DNA of 64,000 nucleotides from an uncultured Gammaproteobacteria bacterium (GTDB lineage Bacteria; Pseudomonadota; Gammaproteobacteria; UBA9214): NCBI GenBank assembly GCA_942491995.1, contig CALOCX010000003.1, positions 139,710 to 203,709 of the forward strand, read 5' to 3'. Shown piece by piece: positions 1 to 6,837 of this stretch (position 1 is its first letter; each line of letters starts with the position of its first letter). The notes under the pieces were generated by a model. It saw only the letters and a program-made list of their open reading frames with translations, ran no database searches and was not told where the DNA came from. The position numbers and the translations under genes were made by a program.

Positions 1-322
1 TCGGTATGCGCAGAAACGGGATCATTGCGCACAGCAGGGCGCCGATGATTGCCGCATGGGCCGCAATCCTGAGTCCACCATAACGGTCCGCGAGATAACC
101 GCCCACTGCATAGCCCATCGCCAGCGCCAGCATGGTGGTGGCGATGACGATGGCCCAGACGGTAATAGAACCACCGAACACCGGCGTCAACACACGTGCA
201 ACCCCGAGCTCCACGACCATGACCGCAGCACCGGCAGCAGTTGCCAGCGCCAGGCCCGTATATTTCAGGTATTGCCGGGGTTTAGTGACCTGGCTGTCGG
301 ATTGTGTTTTTGTCTGTGACAT
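1..322 (-). CDS. Membrane protein, partial (runs off window start); N-terminal polytopic domain resembling spermidine-synthase-fused or MFS-like membrane proteins
   Basis: Reverse complement of 1-322 reads MSQTKTQSDSQVTKPRQYLKYTGLALATAAGAAVMVVELGVARVLTPVFGGSITVW..., hydrophobic, with ATG at 322-320. Not in the ORF track because it runs off the window edge. Confidence 0.45.
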   Translation of the reverse strand, partial: MSQTKTQSDSQVTKPRQYLKYTGLALATAAGAAVMVVELGVARVLTPVFGGSITVWAIVIATTMLALAMGYAVGGYLADRYGGLRIAAHAAIIGALLCAMIPFLRIP

Positions 323-494
323 TGGGCTGCAGAGAGGTGACTGCTAACTGAATCACCGTCCGGGTGTTCATACCTGCTGCAGTCTCTCTTTTTACCCTAC
401 CCGGTTGTGAATGTGCGGGCAAGTCAGGTACTGCTTCCAGTCCTTGTCGCTATTTGACACCTGGTTGGTTACGTCACCACGACAACCTCTGCAG

Positions 495-526
495 AACATC
501 GCGGCGAGGACGCCGCTTGTACAAGT
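495..526. repeat. REP-like palindromic element, reverse orientation, GAGGAC-loop variant
   Basis: AACATCGCGGCGAGGACGCCGCTTGTACAA: stem GCGGCG/CGCCGC with 4-nt loop. Same family as 4197-4218 and 21503-21528. Confidence 0.75.
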
Positions 527-537
527 GCAGTCAGATA

Positions 538-563
538 TTGCAGGAGCACTTCGCAAGCGTGAT
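538..563. repeat. REP-like element, forward orientation, degenerate variant
   Basis: TTGCAGGAGCACTTCGCAAGCGTGAT, closely matching the degenerate copy at 51478-51503 (reverse complement GCAGGAGTGCTTCGCAAACGCGAT). Forms an inverted pair with 495-526. Confidence 0.6.
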
Positions 564-813
564 CAGCATATCGGCATCATTTTCTGATCCCCGGGTCGCC
601 AGATCCGTCATCCTGACCTCGGTGCCCCGGGCAGCGGAATTTCCGGGAAACCAGGCGGCGAAATCAGGTACATGCAAGTTGTTCTACTCTCTGCAGATGT
701 GGTAGAAGTGCGGAAACACAATATCCTAATGACTGCTTGATATCTTATTGGGCACTGCGTGCGCTCGCTAGCGCGCAGTGGTTTGCTGAACGAAACGCTG
801 GCCGGGACAGGGA

Positions 814-2982
814 ATGCCACCGATGAAACTTTTCTATATTGCCGCCTGGCTGGCCATACTCGGGTTCCTCGTCTGGAGCGGAAACCTGCTGGTGAACATC
901 CAGTCGATGGGTGGCGAAACTGCCGAACTGCATCAACTCAGTCTTGACCTGGACTCCCTCGCCGGCGCCTGGCGAGACCTGAATCGGCCCGGCAATGATG
1001 TGCTGGAAAACTATGAAGTCGCGCAACAGCGCGATGCGCTCGGCCTCTATAAACAGCGCTACGACACTATCCATGCTGCCTTGCTGCAGCGCGTGCAGGA
1101 TGACCCTGCGCTGCTGCCGCTCATCGCCGGCCTGGAGCCCACGCGCAGCACCCTCGTTGATCTTGCCGAGGAAGTCCTTGCCCTGTCCGAACAGCGTGAA
1201 GCACTGCGCCTGGCACAGGCACCGGCCGACTTGATCTCGGAAAAAGAAACGGCAGCGGCCAGCGCGATGGCGCGCATGGATCAAACCTCCCAGGATGGCC
1301 TGGATATGATAATTCAGGCGAGCGGGGTCGTTGTCGGGCACGAGAGAGGCCTGGAAGCACTGCAAAGAAAGAACTTTCAGCGCCTCTATATCATGCTGCT
1401 GGTGACACTGCTGGCATCGGCGCTCAGCCTCGAGCTGATTCGGCAAAGCATGCGACAACGGGAAGCACTGCGCGACGCCGCGGTGCGCATCAACACCATT
1501 GTGAACAACGTGGTAGACGGTATCGTGACCGTCGACGCGAGCGGCGCAATAGAATCGATTAACCAGTCCGCGGAGCAGATGTTTGGCTATGCCGCAAACG
1601 AGGTTCTCGGAAAGCCGTTTACCATGCTGCTGCAGGAGTGTTGCCAGGATAGCTATCTGAAGGAACTGCGTAGTAGCAGTGCTGACCATGTGATTCCATC
1701 CCTGTTATCCGGTGACTGTGACGGACTTGGAAAACGCCAGGATGGATCGACCTTCCCCATCGAACTCGCTATCAGCCAGGTCACGGTAAAGGGACAACGG
1801 CTGTTGATCCACATCGTGCGCGATGTCACCGAGCGCAAACTGGCGAACCAGAAACAGCGACTCGCCGCGAGCGTCTTCGAAAACGCCACTGAAGGCATCG
1901 TCATAACGGACGTGGACGGGACCATTCAGTCCGTCAACCCGGCCTACACAACCATCACCCAGCTCAGTGAGGAGGAACTTGTCGGCAAGAACCCGCGCAT
2001 GCTGCAGTCCGGCAAGCATGACCGGGAATTCTATGAACAGATGTGGGCGTCTATCAGCACTGCGGGTCACTGGCAGGGTGAGATCTGGAACCGGCGCAAG
2101 GACGGCGAGATTTTTCCGCAATGGGTGACCATCAATGCCATCAAGGACAGCCGCGGGCGCACCACGAACTACGTCGGGGTTGCCTGGGATATTTCGGAAC
2201 TGAAGGCTTCCCAGCACATGAAGGAGGCGTTCATCACGACCATCAGCCACGAACTGCGCACACCGCTGACCTCCGTGCTTGTGTCCCTGGGAATGCTGAA
2301 GACAAACATGCAGGAGCGCCTGCCCGAACCGGCACAGAAACTGATCGCACTGGCACACAGCAACAGCAGACGCCTGGTGCGGCTGATCAGCGACATCCTG
2401 GATATAGAAAAGATCGAGGCCGGCAAGATGACGTTTCACTTCGAAGCCCTGGAACTGACGGCACTGGTGGAGCGGGTCGTCGCGGACAGCAAGGCATTGG
2501 CGGAACAGGCACAGATCAGCATAACAACGCAAACCCTGGCCACCGATGCCTGGATCAATGGGGATGCCGACCGCCTGATGCAGGCGATAACCAACCTGCT
2601 CTCCAACGCCATCAAGTATTCCCCCCCGGGCGAGCCGGTAGAGGTTGTGGTTGGCGAGCAGGGTCGCATGCTGCGGGTCGAGGTCACGGATCATGGGCCG
2701 GGAATACCCGCTGAGTTTCATGAGCAGATCTTCAAGAAGTTTGCCCAGGCGGGCCGTACGGACGGCGAGCGGCAAGTTGGCACCGGCCTGGGACTGAGTA
2801 TTGCCAAGCTCATCGTGCAACAACACGGTGGCCGCATCGATTTCCAGTCAACCCCGGGCGTGTGCACGACGTTTTACATCGACCTGCCCAGGGCAGAACA
2901 GGATACGCCCACCCTGAAAGATGAGAGCAACCGTGAATCTGCCGGGCAATCTCGTCCTGATAAACAGGCCGGTTTGGGGTAA
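814..2982 (+). CDS. Sensor histidine kinase: N-terminal membrane/periplasmic domain, two PAS domains, HisKA, HATPase_c
   Basis: 722-aa ORF with N-terminal TM helix, second TM LYIMLLVTLLASALSL and H-box HELRTPLTSV. Also NLLSNAIKYSPPGEPVEV and GTGLGLSIAK (G-boxes). PAS-like segments VVDGIVTVDASGAIESINQSAEQMFGY and TEGIVITDVDGTIQSVNPAY. Confidence 0.92.
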   Translation: MPPMKLFYIAAWLAILGFLVWSGNLLVNIQSMGGETAELHQLSLDLDSLAGAWRDLNRPGNDVLENYEVAQQRDALGLYKQRYDTIHAALLQRVQDDPALLPLIAGLEPTRSTLVDLAEEVLALSEQREALRLAQAPADLISEKETAAASAMARMDQTSQDGLDMIIQASGVVVGHERGLEALQRKNFQRLYIMLLVTLLASALSLELIRQSMRQREALRDAAVRINTIVNNVVDGIVTVDASGAIESINQSAEQMFGYAANEVLGKPFTMLLQECCQDSYLKELRSSSADHVIPSLLSGDCDGLGKRQDGSTFPIELAISQVTVKGQRLLIHIVRDVTERKLANQKQRLAASVFENATEGIVITDVDGTIQSVNPAYTTITQLSEEELVGKNPRMLQSGKHDREFYEQMWASISTAGHWQGEIWNRRKDGEIFPQWVTINAIKDSRGRTTNYVGVAWDISELKASQHMKEAFITTISHELRTPLTSVLVSLGMLKTNMQERLPEPAQKLIALAHSNSRRLVRLISDILDIEKIEAGKMTFHFEALELTALVERVVADSKALAEQAQISITTQTLATDAWINGDADRLMQAITNLLSNAIKYSPPGEPVEVVVGEQGRMLRVEVTDHGPGIPAEFHEQIFKKFAQAGRTDGERQVGTGLGLSIAKLIVQQHGGRIDFQSTPGVCTTFYIDLPRAEQDTPTLKDESNRESAGQSRPDKQAGLG

Positions 2983-2992
2983 GGTAATCGCC

Positions 2993-3664
2993 ATGAAGGT
3001 ACTGGTAGTCGAAGACGATCCTGATATCAGGGAATTACTGACACTGTATTTCGTGGCAAAGGGTCACGAGGTGGACACGGCGCATGATGGTCAGGAAGCC
3101 CTCGCGCAGCTGCAGCGTGTTCAGCCTGACCTGATGCTGCTCGACGTGGTCCTGCCGAAGCTGGATGGCTGGGGTGTGTTGACCGCTGTCCGTGCGCAAA
3201 GCAGGCTACCGGTGATCATGCTGACGTCTCTCGATGACACGGAGGATGTTATCAAGGGTCTGTCGCTCGGCGCTGATGACTACCTGTGCAAACCTTTCGA
3301 GATACGTGAACTCGAGGCCCGGATACAGAGCATCGTGCGGCGCCTTGAACCGGTAGCAGAACCACAACGCATCAGCCGCGGTGGCATCGAGATCGATGAG
3401 CGGCTCAAGTCCGTGACCGTCAACGGCGAGCCGATAGCTCTCTCACCAAAGGAATTCTATCTCCTCGCGCTGCTGGCAAGTGATCTCGGGCGGGTGTATA
3501 CCAACGAGGAAATTATCGCCGAGTTGTGGGGCAGTGACAGTCGCGCGACCGGCGCCGATGTCAAGCAGTCCATCTATCAACTGCGCAGCAAGGTCGAGCG
3601 CGACCCCCATGCACCGCAGTGGATCCAGAACGTCAAGGGGTTCGGCTACAAGCTCGTTGTCTAG
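2993..3664 (+). CDS. OmpR/PhoB-family response regulator (receiver plus winged-helix DNA-binding domain)
   Basis: MKVLVVEDDPDIRELL...DGQEAL...LMLLDVVLPKLDGW receiver, with C-terminal winged-helix motifs. Start moved to ATG 2993 (RBS GGGGTAAGGTAA) from track start 2921, which would overlap the kinase stop at 2982. Confidence 0.9.
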   Translation: MKVLVVEDDPDIRELLTLYFVAKGHEVDTAHDGQEALAQLQRVQPDLMLLDVVLPKLDGWGVLTAVRAQSRLPVIMLTSLDDTEDVIKGLSLGADDYLCKPFEIRELEARIQSIVRRLEPVAEPQRISRGGIEIDERLKSVTVNGEPIALSPKEFYLLALLASDLGRVYTNEEIIAELWGSDSRATGADVKQSIYQLRSKVERDPHAPQWIQNVKGFGYKLVV

Positions 3665-4005
3665 GCACCCTGCCCGGCCACAAGGACCGGAATAATCATC
3701 CTTTTACCCGATTTTGACCTCGACTTGACGCGCTGCCAATGGTCAGCGGGTGTCGATTAAATGATCATGCGATTGAGGATCTTCCCCTGAGTGAGCGGCC
3801 GTGTGCGGCCTTACGCAGGATGAACTCTGGTTTTCAATCTTTTAGCAGGACGGCGGCGGTCAATGAAGGCAGGTCATTTTTCAACGCAAGGGAAACCGCT
3901 CAACCAGTACCGTGGCGGTATCGGTGGAAGTGGCAATCGCAAGGACCCGGGTTGAGGGATAGATGAAATGCATATTTAATTTTGATCCTGGAGTTCACCG
4001 CTCGT

Positions 4006-4218
4006 GAGGTCCTTGATCAATGCTGTAGGAGCGCCGTCCCCGGCGCGAATCGCGAGGTCCTTGATCAATGCTGTAGGAGCGCCGTCGCCTACAGGGATGT
4101 AGGTGAGGGGCGTGAGCAGGAGGCGGAAGCTTCCCCGGCGCGAATCATGAGGTCCTTGATCAATGCCGTAGGAGCGCCGTCCCCGGCGCGAATCGCGGCG
4201 AGGACGCCGCTCCTACAA
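4006..4218. repeat. Composite REP array: three ~48-bp units (GAGGTCCTTGATCAATGC + REP core), middle unit carrying a ~45-bp insertion, capped by one inverted REP
   Basis: Units at 4006-4053, 4054-4148 (disrupted) and 4149-4196; inverted copy GGCGAGGACGCCGCTCCTACAA at 4197-4218. Each unit holds the perfect 8-bp palindrome TTGATCAA (with GATC). Confidence 0.85.
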
Positions 4219-4262
4219 TTAGTCGGGTAAATATAAAGTCAAACTGCCCGGAGGATGCATCG

Positions 4263-4646
4263 ATGTTCAACACACTACTTGTTGAGGATAATGTCAGCTT
4301 CAGGCAAGCACTCTCGGACATATTGATCGCGTATTTCCCGTCGATCGATGTCGATGAAGCGAGCAATGGAGAGGAGGCACTGAGCAAGGTTGAATATCGA
4401 CGCCCGGACCTGATCTTCATGGATGTTCAGTTGCCAGGAGAAAACGGACTGGAAGTCACCCGAAAAATAAAGCAGGTCTACAGCAACATCGTGGTCGTCA
4501 TTCTCACCAGCTACGGCCTGCCCGAGTACCGTCAGCAAGCCTTTCAAAACGGCGCAGACTGTTTTCTTTTAAAGGAAGATGACGCCTGCATGGACCACAT
4601 ACTGGCACGGGTCGAGCGGGAAATAGCGCGGGAATCATGCCACTGA
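4263..4646 (+). CDS. Stand-alone CheY-like receiver domain protein (single-domain response regulator)
   Basis: 127 aa, LLVEDNVSFRQAL...RPDLIFMDVQLPGENGLEV...VVVILTSY, with no output domain. RBS GGAGGA upstream. Confidence 0.8.
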   Translation: MFNTLLVEDNVSFRQALSDILIAYFPSIDVDEASNGEEALSKVEYRRPDLIFMDVQLPGENGLEVTRKIKQVYSNIVVVILTSYGLPEYRQQAFQNGADCFLLKEDDACMDHILARVEREIARESCH

Positions 4647-4720
4647 TACAGGGCAATGCCGTGTATCGTGGCTAACGGGAAAGCAATCGCATCACCAGAT
4701 ACGAATCGCTAGCCCGACTG

Positions 4721-6109
4721 TCAGCTCAGACCAAAACGCTTCAGCTTGCGGTACAGGGTGCGCTCGCTGATACCCAGTGCTTCTGCCACCTGCCGCCGGT
4801 TGTTGTTGTGCTGCTGTAGCAGCTGGCGGATGTGATTCGCCTCAACATCGTGCAACGAGGCTGCCGAGTCCGCTGCGGGCGCAGCCGGTATGGCAGCGAC
4901 GTCCACGGTGCGGGGTGGTGGAACCTGCGACCGCGACTGCGCATTCAGTTGCAACACCCTGGTGACTGTCTCGGCATCGATTTCACCGCTGCCACTGCTG
5001 TGGGTGGCTGCAATAAACAGGATATTGCGCAGTTCACGCACATTACCGGGATAGTCGTACTGCTTCAGTTGTTCGATGGCGTCCGAGCTGAGCTCGAAAG
5101 TGCGAGACATGGTGCGGGAAATCACCTCCAGCAGGTTGGGTGCCAGCATAGCGATATCGTCCAGCCGCTCGCGCAGCGGCGGCAGACGCACCGCCAGGCA
5201 GGCAATGCGGTAATAGAGGTCCTCGCGGAACTGGCCAGCCTTGACGTGATCCCAGAGGTGCCGGTTGGTGGCGCAGATGATGCGCACGTCGGCCTTGCGG
5301 CTACCGCGCCCGCCAACGCGGCGGTACTGACCGGATTCCAGCACACGCAGCAACTTGGCCTGCTGCGACAGTGGCAACTCGCCCACCTCGTCCAGAAACA
5401 GGGTGCCGCCATTGGCCTGCTCGTACATGCCGATGCGTTCCCCGACACTGCCGGTGAAGGCGCCTCGCGCATGACCGAACACCTCGGCCTCGAACAGCGG
5501 CTCGGTCAGCACGGTGCAGTCCACGGTCATAAACGGCTGGTTGCTGCGCACGGAATTGTTGTGAATGAAATTGGCGGCCAGCTCCTTGCCGGTACCGGTC
5601 TCTCCCTGCAACAGCACCGGCGCCTGCGCCGATGCCACCATCTTCAGCTGGTCCATGCAGGCCAGGAACGGTGCTGTCTTGCCAACCATGCGCCGGCCGT
5701 TGCTGCGGCGTTCCTCGGGGACCGAGATTTCCTCGATCAGCTCCCCCATAAACAGCTCGCCACTGCTGCCATACAGGGGATAGGCAGTGACCCGGACCTG
5801 GCACATACGGTGATCTGCATCGTGGTGGACATGCAGGCAGGAATCGCGCTTGCCGATTTCAAACAGGTTGACGTGCGGACAGTCCTCGCCGGACTCGTGA
5901 CAGGGCGCGTCGTTATTGTGGCTGATCTTGTAGCACGGCTGCCCGACGGCCTGCTCCCGGGTGACACCGTAGGTCCGTTCGTAGGCACTGTTGACGGCCA
6001 TGATGCGGTATTCACTGTCAATCACGACAAACGGTTTTTCGTGGCTATCGACCAGTGACTGCAGATCAACGGGCACTGGAATTACGGCAGGTTTCCTTTT
6101 TGTTAGCAT
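4721..6109 (-). CDS. Sigma-54-dependent transcriptional activator (bEBP) with N-terminal PAS-like Cys/His-rich sensor domain and C-terminal Fis-type HTH
   Basis: GETGTGKE Walker A, GAFTGS, ESGQYRRVGG (GAFTGA-like loop region), and C-terminal RRQVAEALGISERTLYRKLKRFGL. N-terminal ~130 aa carry CYKISHNNDAPCHESGEDCPHV...DSCLHVHHDADHRMC. Start moved to internal Met (ATG 6109-6107, RBS GGGGGG); the track start 6157 would overlap the UAS palindrome. Confidence 0.85.
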   Translation of the reverse strand: MLTKRKPAVIPVPVDLQSLVDSHEKPFVVIDSEYRIMAVNSAYERTYGVTREQAVGQPCYKISHNNDAPCHESGEDCPHVNLFEIGKRDSCLHVHHDADHRMCQVRVTAYPLYGSSGELFMGELIEEISVPEERRSNGRRMVGKTAPFLACMDQLKMVASAQAPVLLQGETGTGKELAANFIHNNSVRSNQPFMTVDCTVLTEPLFEAEVFGHARGAFTGSVGERIGMYEQANGGTLFLDEVGELPLSQQAKLLRVLESGQYRRVGGRGSRKADVRIICATNRHLWDHVKAGQFREDLYYRIACLAVRLPPLRERLDDIAMLAPNLLEVISRTMSRTFELSSDAIEQLKQYDYPGNVRELRNILFIAATHSSGSGEIDAETVTRVLQLNAQSRSQVPPPRTVDVAAIPAAPAADSAASLHDVEANHIRQLLQQHNNNRRQVAEALGISERTLYRKLKRFGLS

Positions 6110-6140
6110 ATCTTGCCCCCCGGCAGATGTGGCTGAAACG

Positions 6141-6210
6141 ACTGTCAGTTTTGTCATGTTTTGACAGTATAGCGGATATTACTACTGACAATACTGACAG
6201 CTGTTGACAT
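6141..6210 (+). promoter_or_regulatory. Upstream activator sequence 1: palindromic ACTGTCAG-N13-TGACAGT plus extra TGACA half-sites, ~147 bp upstream of sigma-54 promoter 1
   Basis: ACTGTCAG 6141-6148 and TGACAGT 6162-6168; CTGACA 6185-6190, CTGACAG 6194-6200, TTGACAT 6204-6210. Same motif at the same spacing upstream of promoter 2. Confidence 0.6.
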
Positions 6211-6287
6211 GGGCCAACTGTATCATGGTTTATTACAAATTCTATATGTATTTGTTTTTATTATTTTTATAAATAATGACACGGGAC

Positions 6288-6302
6288 TGGCATTGTTCTT
6301 GC
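6288..6302 (+). promoter_or_regulatory. Sigma-54 (RpoN) promoter 1: TGGCAT-N5-TTGC
   Basis: TGGCATTGTTCTTGC with GG at 6289-6290 and GC at 6301-6302, 12-nt spacing as in the TGGCACG-N4-TTGCW consensus. 79 bp upstream of ATG 6367, beside a sigma-54 activator gene. Confidence 0.7.
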
Positions 6303-6366
6303 TGCCTAACAGGTTGCTACAAGACCAATGATGATAATGTCAATACAGTCATAAGGGGATTCCACA

Positions 6367-6462
6367 ATGCTAACCCTGATCAAAGATCTGCTTATCGCTA
6401 TTTTCCTTGTCGGCATTACCCTGGTATGGGTTGCCAGCACACACGCGACGACGCTGTATTAA
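6367..6462 (+). CDS. 31-aa hydrophobic leader-like peptide; paralogous remnant of the cytochrome signal peptide
   Basis: MLTLIKDLLIAIFLVGITLVWVASTHATTLY, with RBS AAGGGGA. N-terminus and upstream RBS context (GGGGATTCCACAATG vs GGGGGATCCACAATG) parallel the cytochrome start at 6838 (MQTFLKDLLLGVFLVCLTLAF). Confidence 0.35.
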   Translation: MLTLIKDLLIAIFLVGITLVWVASTHATTLY

Positions 6463-6533
6463 CAGGCATCAAATTCCGCGGGTAGTCACATCAAGTGGTG
6501 TCAGTCTGTCGTGACGGCACCCCTCTTCCCCAG

Positions 6534-6563
6534 GGCGGCAGCTTTCAGGCCGTCCTTTTTTTT
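6534..6563 (+). terminator. Rho-independent terminator after the leader ORF
   Basis: GGCGGC-AGCTTTCAG-GCCGTC stem-loop (one G.U pair) followed by 8 T at 6556-6563. Confidence 0.6.
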
Positions 6564-6620
6564 ACTGGCCCGAAAAGCACCTATGAGAGGTGTTGGACTA
6601 TCCGGCCCGTGGCTGAGACT

Positions 6621-6670
6621 ACTGTCAGTCTTGTCAGTGTATGACAGGTATGCGGGACTGCTTATGACAA
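6621..6670 (+). promoter_or_regulatory. Upstream activator sequence 2 (duplicate of UAS1), ~147 bp upstream of sigma-54 promoter 2
   Basis: ACTGTCAG 6621-6628, TTGTCAG, TGACAG 6642-6647 and TGACAA 6665-6670. Context GGCTGAGACTACTGTCAGTCTTGTCA matches GGCTGAAACGACTGTCAGTTTTGTCA of unit 1. Confidence 0.6.
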
Positions 6671-6766
6671 TAGTGGCAGTTTTTAACATAGGCCAACACC
6701 AGCACTTCTTGTTCATTTCTGCATAACTACATGTTTTTTATAATCATCAAACAAGCATTACAGGAA

Positions 6767-6781
6767 TGGCATTGTTCTTGC
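6767..6781 (+). promoter_or_regulatory. Sigma-54 promoter 2: TGGCAT-N5-TTGC, driving the multiheme cytochrome gene
   Basis: TGGCATTGTTCTTGC, identical 15-mer to promoter 1. 71 bp upstream of ATG 6838. Confidence 0.7.
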
Positions 6782-6837
6782 CTTGTATCTAGGCAAAAAC
6801 CATTTCTATATCAAAAAAGTCGTACGGGGGATCCACA

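Noticed and set aside
364-705. Track ORFs 364-705, 3982-4230, 21481-21684, 29647-29841 and 51386-51568 as genes
   Set aside because: Each is built from REP elements (recurring GAPSPARF / IAPGTALLQ / CCRSAVPG translations), is intergenic, and lacks an RBS.
4006-4218. Possible CRISPR array (regularly spaced ~48-bp repeats)
   Set aside because: The repeats are copies of the genome-wide REP palindrome. Units 1 and 2 abut with no spacer. The only 'spacer' is an insertion inside unit 2. There are no cas genes and no leader; an inverted REP caps the array.
4832-6058. Long antisense ORFs (e.g. 4832-6058+, 1705-2826-, 10815-11507-, 21761-22705+, 25928-27526+, 41589-42770-, 51707-52810+, 33481-34035-)
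   Set aside because: All lie fully inside, and antisense to, strongly supported genes (activator, kinase, ccmB, DUF1329, YyaL, hoxH, uup, ggt). They show Arg/Gly/Ala-rich composition typical of high-GC antisense frames and have no RBS.
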